Of a stretch of 42,651 nucleotides of DNA, positions 20,521 to 31,544 are shown one piece after another. The position numbers and the translations under genes are program-made. Source of the stretch: Neophaeotheca triangularis (Eukaryota). The stretch's first letter is position 1, and each line of letters starts with the position of its first letter. The DNA lies in NCBI GenBank assembly GCA_054600435.1, contig BAAIJX010000011.1, positions 558,001-600,651 on the forward strand, read 5' to 3'. Under the pieces are notes generated by a model. It saw only the letters and a list, made by a program, of their open reading frames with translations, was not told where the DNA came from and made no database searches.

Positions 20521-22626
20521 ATGTCCGGTGCGTCGTCGCATCCAAGATGCTTCCGTACCCCAAGGACTGCCAAGCTAAGTATCTTTTCTGTACAGGACGC
20601 GGTGGCAGGGGAGGTGGCAACCGAGGCGCTTATTACAAGGCCCGCTATGGCGGTGGTAGAGGTCGAGGCGGTGGCGCTCATCATGTAGGCGCTTTCAACC
20701 ACTCGCAGCAAGGTGGCCAATCTTCTGCCAATTCTGGAGACTGGGACCAGCTCGCTGCCGTGCTGAGGAGCGTTGATGGCCAGAGTTATCGTAAGTCGTT
20801 TGACTAGAAGACGATGCAGGAAATTGAATTAGTGGTCTGTAGAGACAACTGACCATTTTCTCCAGCCGCCTACAAGCAACTGCTAGGTAAATTCACCCAC
20901 CAAGGACCCGACTTTACCCTCGCCGTCGACCATGTCCAAGGCGATGCCTACGCGCCACCGTCGCGCGTCAGGGCCATCATGCCCTGGAACCAGACGGGCT
21001 TTCCCTCAGACTACCTTCAAAACCAAGTCAGACGCATTGCTCTCGGCGACTACGTGACACGCATGGCAACGGCTTTCATCCGTGGCCAGCACCTCGACCA
21101 AGGGAACGCCGGCAGTGGCTGGTCCGGTCCCAAAGGTGGTGCTTTCAATATCAACGCCGCCGGTCAGGAAGTCCTGCCGAGAACGAGCGCTGTCATCACG
21201 GGTGAGGAAACCATCGAGCTGCGATTCACCGTAGCCCTCCCAGCTGCGGGACGTTCGTGTCTCGGTCAACAGGCATTCCAGATCCTTGGCGTGAACCTCG
21301 TCAAACTCGTCAGTCAATCGCTCCTCCATTCAAACCTAGATCAAGCCGCTCTCCGCAAGCACGTCATCTCTGTTGAAAACCAGCACCACCTGCGCAACCA
21401 GTTGCAAGCCAAAGGTCTCATCGCCTTCGTTGCCAACGGCTCCATCCTGCCAAGAGCTTCAGGGGCTTCTTCCGCACCAATGAAGTCAAATGTCGTTCCA
21501 TTCGAATCACCAAAAGAACACAAAGTCACCATGACTCTGAATGACGGCACAAAAGTCACAGGTATGGGCATTCCCAAAGGCATTACGCTACTCACTGGTG
21601 GTGGCTTCCACGGCAAATCCACCCTCCTCGAAGCCATCGAATTAGGAGTGTACGACCATATCCCAAACGACGGCCGCGAACTTATCGTCTCCGATCCCGC
21701 CGCCGTCAAAATCCGTGCCGAAGACGGCCGCAGTGTCACCGGCATCGACATTAGCCCCTTCATCCGCAAACTCCCCGGCGGCAAAGACACGAAACAGTTC
21801 ACCACTACCGACGCCAGCGGCTCCACTTCCATGGCAGCCAACATCCAAGAAGCGCTGGAAGCCGGCAGCACGACCCTTCTCATCGACGAAGACTCCTCGG
21901 CCACCAATCTCCTCGTCCGCGACCAGCGCATGCAAAAGCTCATCCAGAACGAGCCCATCACGCCCCTCGTCAGCAAAGTCCGTGCCCTCTACGCCCAACA
22001 CGGCGTCAGCACCATCATGGTAGTCGGCGGGCTAGGCGACTGGCTCTCCGTCGCCGACCATATCATCTGCCTCGACTCCTACCTCCCGCGCTCCCTCAAA
22101 AGCGAAGCCGAGGCCGTCCTCGCCGAGTACCCCGTGCAATTGCACCAAGACGAAACCTACGGCACTCTCCCCTCCCGCTCCGTGCAATTGCAACTCCCCG
22201 GCGACAAACCCCCGCTCGCTTCGAGCAAGCACTTCATTTCGGTCAAACCCGCCATCAAAGACCCCGTCAGCGACCCCAGCGCCGCGGCCGACGGCATCGA
22301 CCTCAGCGGTCTCGACCAAATCGTCGAAGTCGGTCAAGCCAGAACCGTCGCGCACTGCCTCCAAACCACCCGCAAAGCCACGGAATTCCAAGCGTAAGCC
22401 TCGTCTCAAATCTCAAGTTCCCCCTACCAGTAAGCCGCGTGTCTTGCTAATAGCCAATCACTGTTACCACAGCATCTCCCTCCCCTCCCTCCTCGCCGAA
22501 GTCGAAAAAGACGTCAGTCTCGACAAGTGCCTGCCGGGCTCTTTGCAAAATGGCGATCTCGTCGCTGCCCGGCGTTTTGAAATCGCAGCGGTGTTGTCGC
22601 GGTTTAGGGGGCTCAAGACCAAGTAA
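20521..22626 (+). CDS. COG3044-type 'predicted ATPase of the ABC class' with an N-terminal RGG region (627 aa). Exons 20521-20527, 20596-20790, 20866-22393, 22473-22626
   Basis: The spliced model is in frame (1884 nt). It contains LRSVDGQSYPAYKQL, DHVQGDAYAPPSRVR, FVANGSILPRASG, Walker A GGGFHGKST, KIRAEDGR, ASGSTSMAANI, Walker B LLIDED..ATN, EPITP and a C-terminal RRFEIAAVLSRFR. The N-terminus is MSGRGGRGGGNRGAYYKARYGGGRGRGGG. Confidence 0.85.
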
Positions 22627-22934
22627 GCTGGACGAGAATGCTATATTGCTTTGATTCTTGAGCGTGGGTTTGGCGTGTTATTGCACACGTAATAGATGGA
22701 TAGACATACAGTATTTATGGAAACGAGCTTGAAACTAGGTGGGAATCTCACTTCTTCCGGTGAGTCGTGGACGAGGCCCCGATACGAGTGACGGGGAGGC
22801 CTTTTGGGCCGTTGAGACCTCCACACTAACAGTCCTTGCCCCCGTCTCCTAGCTATCTGCAAAGCCCCAGCGCGATTCGAGAGTTTATGAGTACATTGAG
22901 CGTCTCGGCGCTGCCCTCCTCGCTGTTGAGGAAG

Positions 22935-22971
22935 TATGCTATGCTACGCTACGCTATGCTATGCCATGCTA
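22935..22971 (+). repeat. Imperfect (TATGC/TACGC)n pentanucleotide repeat between the convergent ATPase and DNMT5 genes
   Basis: tatgctatgctacgctacgctatgctatgccatgcta. Confidence 0.7.
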
Positions 22972-23102
22972 CCACCCCAACCGAAAGGCATCCACCCAAA
23001 ACTCCCCGGCAGAAAACCCAGTCCCAGAGCGCCAACGCTGTCTAGCAGATTCTGCATGAACTTATACAGACCGCACAAAGAAAAAAGACGAGCAACGTCC
23101 GC

Positions 23103-26100
23103 TCAATCATCATCCTCAGTAAACGTCTTGGAGAACTTGACCAAACTCGAGAAGTCCTCCCAACCCATGACTCGCTCCCTGCCTTGCACGCGCGCAATCT
23201 CCGCGCTCCCTTCTCCAGCCGTCGCGCTCTTGATCAACCAGCTTTGCGGTCGTAGACTGAACTTGCCGTCTCTGCCGCGAACGAGCTGGGTGCGTTCTTT
23301 CTTGCCCTCAGATCCTTCTGGAGCCTCGATCGGCGCTAGATCCTGCTCTGTCAACGCTGTCGCGCGACGCTCCCGATGCTCGAGAATGTCCACGTCGATG
23401 GTGTCGAGTGCGACGATGCGGTAGACGTGGATGGATTTGGTTTGACCATGACGCCGGACACGGCCGATAGCTTGGGCCATGGTGGCTTCGTAGTCGTATT
23501 GGGTCGTGCAGAGCAGAGGCGAGAGGAAGATGACATGGTTCGCGATTTGCAAGTTGAAGCCGGCGGCTGTGCCGCTGCTAGAGTCGAGCACGATGACATC
23601 TGTCTTGCTAGTTGGCTGCTTGAAAGCTTCGATTTGCTCTCCAGCGGCTTCTCGGCTCTCGACTACTGTTGCGCGGAGGCCGCTGGTTTGGAGAGCTTTC
23701 TTGACTTGGTCGAGCTGGCTGTCGAACTGGACGAAAAGAATGGCCTTGTCACCGGCAGCTTGGATCTGGTTAAGCAGATTGAGCGCGGCTTCGAGCTTCG
23801 CGCCGTGAGGCGAGACGGGCACGCTGCTGAGATTGCCGAGTTGTCTCGCCCAGAGCAGGTTGTGGTCTGCCAAATGCTCTGAGCATCCCGTTGCTGGGCA
23901 TATCCTGTTGCCGAGCTTGTTCTTTTCATAACAGTCTCGACAGATGGCGTGACCGCAGAAGGCGCTAACGGCCATGTGCTGCTTGCTTTGCTCGGCACCC
24001 GCATAACCGCAATGCTCGCTCTGGCACAATTGAACATCGTCACCCGATTGAGCCAGAGTCGCCATGTTCTGCGAGAACCGGAGGGAGCGCTTCGCTACTA
24101 GCACTTGCTTCTTGACGATGTCTTTGATGTCAGCGACGTGGCCTCTGAGTGTAGCATCAGGTGCCTTCTTGCCCGAAGCTTTAGCGGGTTGACGGATCAG
24201 AGGACGCAGTATCTCAAGCGTCTCTGCATCCCTCAGCGCGTCGTCGTAAATTGACCGTGCAAACGAATCCAGGTCGTCGGTATTCTTTTTGGCAGCATGC
24301 CTATACTTCGCAAGTTCCTCTTTCAAAGCCTCGAGCGCTGATTCAATGTCGTCTTGGCGAGTTTGGATCAGCTGCTCTAGGCCCGACACCTCATTGCGAG
24401 GCATAAATGCAGCAGTTTTTGAGAGAGATTCTTCCGGCGTATCTGCGTCCTGAACAGCCCGATTGATCCGGAGGGCGACATCAGTCTCTTGAGCATCTTT
24501 CGACTTGCCCTTAAGCTTCATGTCCTGCGAGTTCAAGTGCTGGGACAACTCAGTATAGATGCATCGGTGATCAAGATCCAGTCGCACGGGCAATAAGTGA
24601 TCCTGGTATGGCATGTCGTCGAAACTTTGGACGTTTCGACGGACAAACGCATCAAGGAAATTCTGATCGAGTTCCCATATCCGTTGGTGCATAGCGTTAG
24701 ACGCTTTGTGCTGCATTGCCTCGAACTGCTCTGCGTTGGTCCTATCAGTACGGATAGCTTTGATGCTTCTCGACAAAAGAATGCCTCTCATATCGCTTGC
24801 TACGGGAAGTGACACGCCTAGCAGTCGACCGACTTGAGCGACCTCGTACGAATCACCGAGAGCAGGGGTACCGGATAGCCCCCAGTGTTTGTCGCTCTTG
24901 AGGCCGAGGATTCCGCTCCACTGACGCGCGTTACACTCGTGGAATTCATCCACCACGATTCGATTAAAGTAGAACAGCTCTAGCAGTGGCAAGTTGTCAA
25001 TCTTGTCCATTAAGAGCGTCGCCGCCGGAAGCTTTGCTTTTGCTTTTGCTTTTGCCGCCGCAGTCGTGGTAGCTCGCTGCTCTTTGGCAACATACTTACT
25101 CCCGCGTAGCCGACGAGATGGAACATACTCATTGAAAGCATCGCTCCCCATGTGGTCCCGATACCTTTGCTGAACATGCTGTTTGAAAGCTTGTTCACCC
25201 CTGTCTAGTAATACCCTCAAGTGTTCAGACAGCGCGGCTGTAGCGACGTTCAACCACTCGCTGTAAGCACGGCCCGACGAGGCAGCCGGTCCTGGCATTC
25301 CGGCGAATGCAGCTAGCTTGTCCGTGTAGTCGTCCTTGTCGAGAATGCCACGGCTGAGGAGAATGATATTAGCGCTCTGAAAGCTTTGAATGGTGTGTTT
25401 TGCGAGATCTGCAATGGTCTTGATAACGAGGACACTGCGAGAGTAGTCTCTAGAGGGAAGAATAGCCCCTATCTCAGAAGCCCATTGTGAAACAAGGCCT
25501 ATTGGCGCGATGATGAGCGTAGCGGCTATTGGGATTCTGCCGGGAGCCTCAGCTTCCTGGTGCGGACGGATCTTGTCGACAACACGCTCTAGGGACCCGC
25601 ATTCTTGGAATTCGGCTTGGACGAGGGCGAGGCTGGTCACGGTCTTGCCAAAGCCCGGATGGTCTGCGCAAATTCCGCCTCTCACCTCAATCTCGCGAGA
25701 GGCTCTCATCTCAACTCTCCAGTTCGCGTGTGTTAACGTCGACTCTTCGGCCCTCTCCAAGGTAAACGGTTTTCCACGTTCTTGCGACCGCATCCAGGAG
25801 AAGGCGAGGCGCTGCTTAGCAAAGAGCTCGAGTTGCATATCTAGATTAGTATTGAGGGATTCATCAATATCAATCTCTCCGGCAGTGTCATTGAGTATAA
25901 ACCGCTTCATATAGAATGGCTTACTGACACCGCTAGTGTCGAGTAGCCATTCGAGCTTAGGCGCAGTGTCGGAATCGGGGAGGCGTGCTGCCGCGCGATG
26001 GGCAAGCGAGCGAAGGTTCAAACCCACCGATACTACAACGTCGTTGCCATTGCCGTCGCCTAAGAGTTGGGCTTCCGCAAACAGGGGTACCGGACGGGCT

Positions 26101-29100
26101 TTTACAGCGCGTTCGTATTTTGCTGCCCCTTCAACGTCTTCGTAGGCTTTTAGGTCCCCATCCGATGCAATTGACCATTTGATCAATGGCCTCTTGGGCA
26201 CGCAGCACTCACAGCGAGATCCTAAGTCGCCTGTATCAAGTTCTCGCCATTCAGAGCACAGTTGCCTTCTCATACACTCGAATAGCCATGCGTATCTGTT
26301 AAAAATCTTGGCATCCCGCTGATCGAGTACAACGTTTGCTTTAGATTTCAGACGGAGGGCAGTGTCGTTGTCAAGGGAGGCAGTGCCGGATACTAGCGTT
26401 GCGGCTGTCTGGCATGTGCCTGTGTGCCTAGCAGAGACAGCGTCCGCGACATGAAGGAGCGTGCTTGCGGTCTCGGCAGCAAGGCAGATGTCGTTTCCGG
26501 AGACCCAGGTACCATCCAAGGTAAGCTTAGTGCTCCGGCTCGCTTCAAGAGCATTGTACGGTCTCCACCGTGCAGAGATTCGGCCAAGGACGGGTCGTAC
26601 TTCATCGTAGTCCATCATCGACTTGTCGTGGGAGAAAACGAAGCGGTCCTTCTCGGCAGGGCCAGTGCGATCAGGATCTAGGAATAAAAACAAGGGAGGT
26701 CCATTGTCTTCTTCACGTTTGTACAGATTGCTAGTGGCCGTCCCGCAGTTGGGGAGAAGACAGTAGGTACCATCTAGAGACTCTTCCAGTTTGCCGTTAG
26801 GGTCTGAAGTATTGATTGTGAGTTGGCTGGCCACCTTGTGGTTTCTGAATTCGTCTCCAGTGAGGCCGATGCGAGCCCACCATGACGGAACCATAGCACC
26901 ATCGACACGGATGTCTATGTCCATGTCCTCCTGGCAAAGCATGCGCCATTTCCAGCCGGCAGAGAACAAACCTAAGCCATCGATAGAACACTTGCCGATA
27001 GGCTGTTTAAGGGCGATCCGTAGTCTATTGTCAACGGGCAGAGAACTGTCAGGCTTTGCGTACAGCCTCCACTCAGCTAGGCCACCTTGAAACACTAGCT
27101 GAAGAATTGCGTGTTCCGACTCATAGACAGCTCGCCAGAAATGGGTACGTCTAACATAAGCAAGCGTGAAGCATTGTTCAAGTGCTTTTGTCACCGCTTC
27201 GGCATAAGATGGATCGTTGTCTTTGATCTGGGAAATGCAACCAGGCTGATCGTTAAACTTGGTGCGAAGAGGGAGTGCCATTCTCAAGTACGTCTCGAAT
27301 GCCTGAGCATCTAGACGAGTGGTGTCGAGACTGCTAAGGCTGTACTCATGCTGCGGATTACCGCCACAACCGACGCAAGTAGTGTGCGCGCAAAGTTTGC
27401 ACCTCTGAATCGGCTTGTTCGACATCCCAACGGCTCCTTCGCAATAACACTTCCGAGACGACTGCTCGGCCATATCTGTCGCCTTTGTCACGTCGAACTC
27501 TGACGATGTAGCTTCGACAGACGTCTGTCGCATGTTGTCTGTCTCTAGGGCCTGGCCTGGTAAAATGTCAGAGGGCTTTGAGCGATTTTTCTGGTCCTGC
27601 GAGAGGAACAAAGCGGAAGAGTCTTCGCTCGAGTGATTACGGTCAAAGACCGGGTAGGAAGAGATAAGTGCCGAGAGGATAGCAGAGCCGATGACCGTAG
27701 ACGTCATTGCGTTGCCACTCATGTCGAGAATCTCTGCCTCCGTTTCAGTTGTGAACAGCACTCTGTCAATAGGAAGGCCTTGAAGCTTCATAGCTTCTAG
27801 CGGGCGGAGGGGACTGTTGCGGTCGGTCACGAAGGCGATGCCAGACGGCGTGATGCAGGGAGACATGCCGGGAGCACCAGTGTCCTGGAAGCGGTCCACA
27901 TTTTGAGATAAGTCCCAGATGCGAGTCTTATACGAGGCGTCGTATCCATTGACAGCTGAACGTAAGTTTGCAATCTCAACAGTGTCCTTGACCCGCTCTA
28001 CTAATCGTCGAAACCATTCCATGTCCCCGTTCTCTGGGGGCTGGATGGTGCCGCTTTCTTGCCAGTGCGTGAACGGCCGTAGATTGCCAAGCTGTTGCTC
28101 CTGCCTGTAGCGAATGTGTCGAATCTCGCATTTTGACCAATCGAACACACGTGCGCTTTCTGCGTCGAGCTTGAGTAACAGAGACTCAAGCGTTCCACTA
28201 GGTAGCAGAAACTCGGCAGTGGAGCTGCTCGCTGGTCGCCTGAAACTTCCCATAAGATCCTGCCACTGCTCGCACTTCGCTCGATGCTGCCCGTCGCCTC
28301 GCCTCCGATCAATGCAGATCATGTAGCCTCTTTGCCTTGTATGAGGGATGTAGTAGTCTTTGGTATCAACTAGAACTCCCACGGCGTCGTAGCCAATGTT
28401 GTTGTATCTCTCAATCATCTTAGCCCATGCAGCCCCTGCTACATTCTCTAAAAGGACGACGGCTGGGCGATAAGCATTTGAGTAGTCGAGGACAGCGCGG
28501 AAAGTGTCTCCAGACTCGCCACCTCCGTCAATGTCCTTCTTGAATCTGTTCTTTGACGAGTAATCAACGCAAGAGGTTCCCGCGATGATCAAGTCGACGT
28601 CTCGAGGCACCTCTGCTAATGCCCCGTACGCAGTTGTGGCCTGTGGCGTTTCATCCTCCTCCGCACCGATGAGTTCGGTGATGTCCCTGAAGATCAAGTG
28701 CGGCTGAAAGTTCCTTTGTATGTAGGCTTGCTTAAAAGGAACGATCTCAGCAGAAAACAGGTGAGTAAAATGAAGGGGGCCAGCTTCAAGAGTCCTAAGC
28801 GAGCTTTGGATAAGCTCGAGCGCTAAAAGAGGACTCTCCGTACCGGAGCACATCGTAGCAACTCGTAGCGATCTGCCCGAGAGGTGTTTGGTAGCGTCGT
28901 TCAAACCATTGCCGAGCGCTTTGGCCGTCATGTCTTGGAAAATCTCCCGTACATCTGAGAGAGGAGGAAGTTCTTCTTTTAGTCCCCGTTCGCTGGATCG
29001 AATGAGACGCCTGAATACATCTCTGCTTGGTTTGATTCGCGGCAGCGCTTGTGCTTGTTTGGCCTCGACTGGTGCTTTGACTGCGACCCTTGCTTTCGCC

Positions 29101-29786
29101 GTAGCTTTGCCCTTTTTAGGTGGAGCAGAGTCTTCTGAGATAGAACCTTCGGAAGGCGTTGATGCGGCCTCGCTCACAGCGTCAGCGTCATCCTCGTCCA
29201 AGTCGTCCGTCTCAATGTCGCTGCGACCCTGATATTCATCATCGCTGTCGGAGACCTTGCGCTTGGTCGCATGTTCGGTCGCAGGCCTGGCGGAGCGCTT
29301 CGGCTCATCAGGCGTCTTAGAGTCCACACGTCTGCGCTTGTTACTACGTGTTTTTGTTGGCGCCATCAGCTCGTCCTCCGAGGTGTCGTCAATGATGATC
29401 GGCGATCTGATCGAGGAGCGCTGCCTTTTTGGCCGGCCGATGTTGGTATTCGCTTGCAGGTTGATCGATGAGGCATCGTTGGGTGTCGTGATTCCTGCGA
29501 AATCCTCCAAGACCGAAGTGTTGCTGCTACGAGGCGTTTCGGAGAGTCTTTCCGTACGTGCTGGTGCTGGAACGAGCACTTCCTTCAGTATGCGCGTTGT
29601 TTTTGTAGATTGCGCAGCTTGCGCAGCTTGCTTTTCTTTCACTGCACGAGCAGGTATTGGTTTTGTGCCTTTCATCTCTTTCGTTGCACGAGGCGTCGCT
29701 ACCACAATGTTCTCTCCATCTTCATAACTCCACACGCCATTGACGACGGTGAGCCTTCGCTGTTTTGAGGCCGCTTTCGGTGGCAT
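23103..29786 (-). CDS. DNMT5: DNMT5-family C5-cytosine DNA methyltransferase fused to a RING-containing SNF2 ATPase (2227 aa, no introns evident)
   Basis: MTase motifs: RVATMCSGTESP (I), LFSAEIVP (II), AGTSCVDYS (IV, catalytic Cys), LLENV (VI), PHTRQRGY (VIII), LSQNVDR/PCITPSG, EAMKLQG (IX), GNAMTSTVIG (X). SNF2 motifs: GGICADHPGFGKT, ATLIIAP, RIVVDEFH, WGLSGTP, RING-like C..C...CGHAIC..C...C...C, AGFNLQIANHVIFL, QAIGRVRRHGQ. Confidence 0.9.
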   Translation of the reverse strand: MPPKAASKQRRLTVVNGVWSYEDGENIVVATPRATKEMKGTKPIPARAVKEKQAAQAAQSTKTTRILKEVLVPAPARTERLSETPRSSNTSVLEDFAGITTPNDASSINLQANTNIGRPKRQRSSIRSPIIIDDTSEDELMAPTKTRSNKRRRVDSKTPDEPKRSARPATEHATKRKVSDSDDEYQGRSDIETDDLDEDDADAVSEAASTPSEGSISEDSAPPKKGKATAKARVAVKAPVEAKQAQALPRIKPSRDVFRRLIRSSERGLKEELPPLSDVREIFQDMTAKALGNGLNDATKHLSGRSLRVATMCSGTESPLLALELIQSSLRTLEAGPLHFTHLFSAEIVPFKQAYIQRNFQPHLIFRDITELIGAEEDETPQATTAYGALAEVPRDVDLIIAGTSCVDYSSKNRFKKDIDGGGESGDTFRAVLDYSNAYRPAVVLLENVAGAAWAKMIERYNNIGYDAVGVLVDTKDYYIPHTRQRGYMICIDRRRGDGQHRAKCEQWQDLMGSFRRPASSSTAEFLLPSGTLESLLLKLDAESARVFDWSKCEIRHIRYRQEQQLGNLRPFTHWQESGTIQPPENGDMEWFRRLVERVKDTVEIANLRSAVNGYDASYKTRIWDLSQNVDRFQDTGAPGMSPCITPSGIAFVTDRNSPLRPLEAMKLQGLPIDRVLFTTETEAEILDMSGNAMTSTVIGSAILSALISSYPVFDRNHSSEDSSALFLSQDQKNRSKPSDILPGQALETDNMRQTSVEATSSEFDVTKATDMAEQSSRKCYCEGAVGMSNKPIQRCKLCAHTTCVGCGGNPQHEYSLSSLDTTRLDAQAFETYLRMALPLRTKFNDQPGCISQIKDNDPSYAEAVTKALEQCFTLAYVRRTHFWRAVYESEHAILQLVFQGGLAEWRLYAKPDSSLPVDNRLRIALKQPIGKCSIDGLGLFSAGWKWRMLCQEDMDIDIRVDGAMVPSWWARIGLTGDEFRNHKVASQLTINTSDPNGKLEESLDGTYCLLPNCGTATSNLYKREEDNGPPLFLFLDPDRTGPAEKDRFVFSHDKSMMDYDEVRPVLGRISARWRPYNALEASRSTKLTLDGTWVSGNDICLAAETASTLLHVADAVSARHTGTCQTAATLVSGTASLDNDTALRLKSKANVVLDQRDAKIFNRYAWLFECMRRQLCSEWRELDTGDLGSRCECCVPKRPLIKWSIASDGDLKAYEDVEGAAKYERAVKARPVPLFAEAQLLGDGNGNDVVVSVGLNLRSLAHRAAARLPDSDTAPKLEWLLDTSGVSKPFYMKRFILNDTAGEIDIDESLNTNLDMQLELFAKQRLAFSWMRSQERGKPFTLERAEESTLTHANWRVEMRASREIEVRGGICADHPGFGKTVTSLALVQAEFQECGSLERVVDKIRPHQEAEAPGRIPIAATLIIAPIGLVSQWASEIGAILPSRDYSRSVLVIKTIADLAKHTIQSFQSANIILLSRGILDKDDYTDKLAAFAGMPGPAASSGRAYSEWLNVATAALSEHLRVLLDRGEQAFKQHVQQRYRDHMGSDAFNEYVPSRRLRGSKYVAKEQRATTTAAAKAKAKAKLPAATLLMDKIDNLPLLELFYFNRIVVDEFHECNARQWSGILGLKSDKHWGLSGTPALGDSYEVAQVGRLLGVSLPVASDMRGILLSRSIKAIRTDRTNAEQFEAMQHKASNAMHQRIWELDQNFLDAFVRRNVQSFDDMPYQDHLLPVRLDLDHRCIYTELSQHLNSQDMKLKGKSKDAQETDVALRINRAVQDADTPEESLSKTAAFMPRNEVSGLEQLIQTRQDDIESALEALKEELAKYRHAAKKNTDDLDSFARSIYDDALRDAETLEILRPLIRQPAKASGKKAPDATLRGHVADIKDIVKKQVLVAKRSLRFSQNMATLAQSGDDVQLCQSEHCGYAGAEQSKQHMAVSAFCGHAICRDCYEKNKLGNRICPATGCSEHLADHNLLWARQLGNLSSVPVSPHGAKLEAALNLLNQIQAAGDKAILFVQFDSQLDQVKKALQTSGLRATVVESREAAGEQIEAFKQPTSKTDVIVLDSSSGTAAGFNLQIANHVIFLSPLLCTTQYDYEATMAQAIGRVRRHGQTKSIHVYRIVALDTIDVDILEHRERRATALTEQDLAPIEAPEGSEGKKERTQLVRGRDGKFSLRPQSWLIKSATAGEGSAEIARVQGRERVMGWEDFSSLVKFSKTFTEDDD

Positions 29787-30494
29787 AGTTGCGGAGCGAT
29801 AAAAGGAGAGAGGGTTGGTAGCGGGCGAAACATAAATCTGCCGTGGTTAAGCAGGCTGCAGTAAAGGGATGTGAACAACCAAGCGCATGTCACATACAGG
29901 TACCTAGGTAGGTAGTAGAAGTTAAAGGAAGCCGGGAGACGCGACTTGGAGACGCGTTTGAGCCGAAGCTCGGCGGTACCCGACATGTTGAAAGCGAGTG
30001 CGCCTCAGGCGACAAGAATTGACGAAGAGCCCAGGCTCCAGTAGGACTTGCGCATTATTGTCGAGCGAGAGATCGGTCATGATGCATGGGGTATTGCTGA
30101 GTTTTGAGGGTGTACGACCACCGGGGGCGATTTTCAACTGGAACTCTCAAAACTGTCTTCATTCGACAGTAGATACCTACCCAAGCTACCTTACCTGATG
30201 CTAGGAATCTCTTCACGAGACGATGCCAAGGATGCCTGCCCGTCAGCGACCGAGGAGAGCTTGTACGTGGGTCACAACGTCCTGAATTGGGCTAGGTTGG
30301 GACGCGGCATCACGTGCAGAGCAGCTTCACCCCTTGATCCTCTCACATTCATTCCCTGGTGACCTTCAATTTGACAGATTGCAACCACGGGCGGACAGAT
30401 ACATGTATAGATCTGTTTTAACCGCGTTGAGAATCCTGTGATCGATAGCGCAACAGCAAGAGGACTGACTGCCCAAATTCCTAAAACCCCCGTC

Positions 30495-31544
30495 ATGTCA
30501 GCATACTACACTTTCGAAGACCACTCCGGTGTGACAACCCCGAGCAAGTCGGAAAACCCATACGATGGGCTGCTTGAAGCTTGCGAGAATGATCCAGTCA
30601 GTCCCGTCAATCTTCGACCTTTGCCTATACAAACCGCCGGTATCCGTAACCCGACCTGACACTGCTCTCAGAGCCAAATACAAGCCCGCTACAGCACCCA
30701 CCGTGAAAAACGCACAGAAGCCCAAAAAGGCAAGCTTCTCTCCCCAGACTTCCTAGGCGTGACTCCGGACCAAATCCTCGCCAAACTCGAAAAGCCCTCC
30801 CAACACCCCGACTTCCAAGACTGGCGACACTGCTTCGTCTTCTGGGCGCGTCCACCGCAAGCTCTGCGTACACTCATTGCCGAGATCCAGCAAAAACTCC
30901 TATCCACTGCCCCGAATCTCTGGGTTATGCCTCCGCTCTCTCTACACATGACGGCACTGGAGATAACGCACTCGCAGACGGCACCGGAAGTCGAAGACCT
31001 GGCAATGCGACTTGGCCCCATGATCGAGCGAATGTCAGACTACACTTACACCCACCGCGCAAGGCTCGTGAAACCGAAACTTAGTTATGACGCTCAGGCC
31101 ATAGCTCTTTCGTTTTTGCCAGCCGCGGGAGAGCCTTCGGCACACGCCGATCTAGCGGGCGCCAGTGGGGATGCGTATTCGTATCACCATCTGCGACGGG
31201 ACTTGTACTCGCTCTCGGAGTCGGTAGGTGTCAAGGTCGCGAGTCGCTATGTGGTGCCCTCTGCTCATTTGACTATTGCGCGGTTTGTTACTACGGACGG
31301 TTTTGAGGTTAAGGGAGAGGGCGTGGACCGTGAAAGTGTAGCAAGTTTGATTAGGCGAATTGAGGAGATCAATGGATGGCTGGAGGCAGAGTATTGGCCC
31401 AAGGAAGCAGAGAGTGCCAGTGAAGGGAGTGTTAAGGCAGGCGGAGAATGGATTGTAGGCCAAGAAAAGGGGCTGGATTGTAGGAAGGGTGCGCTGTGGT
31501 ACGGGAATGGTGGGGAGACCGTAAGACTAGGTCGGGGGTTCTAG
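30495..31544 (+). CDS. 2H phosphoesterase (LigT/cyclic phosphodiesterase-like) protein. Exons 30495-30596, 30672-31544
   Basis: Two HxT motifs (SLHMTALE, SAHLTIARF) at typical 2H spacing. The intron GTCAGT..CTGAC..CAG joins MSAYYTFED...ACENDP in frame to the 261-aa ORF. Confidence 0.78.
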
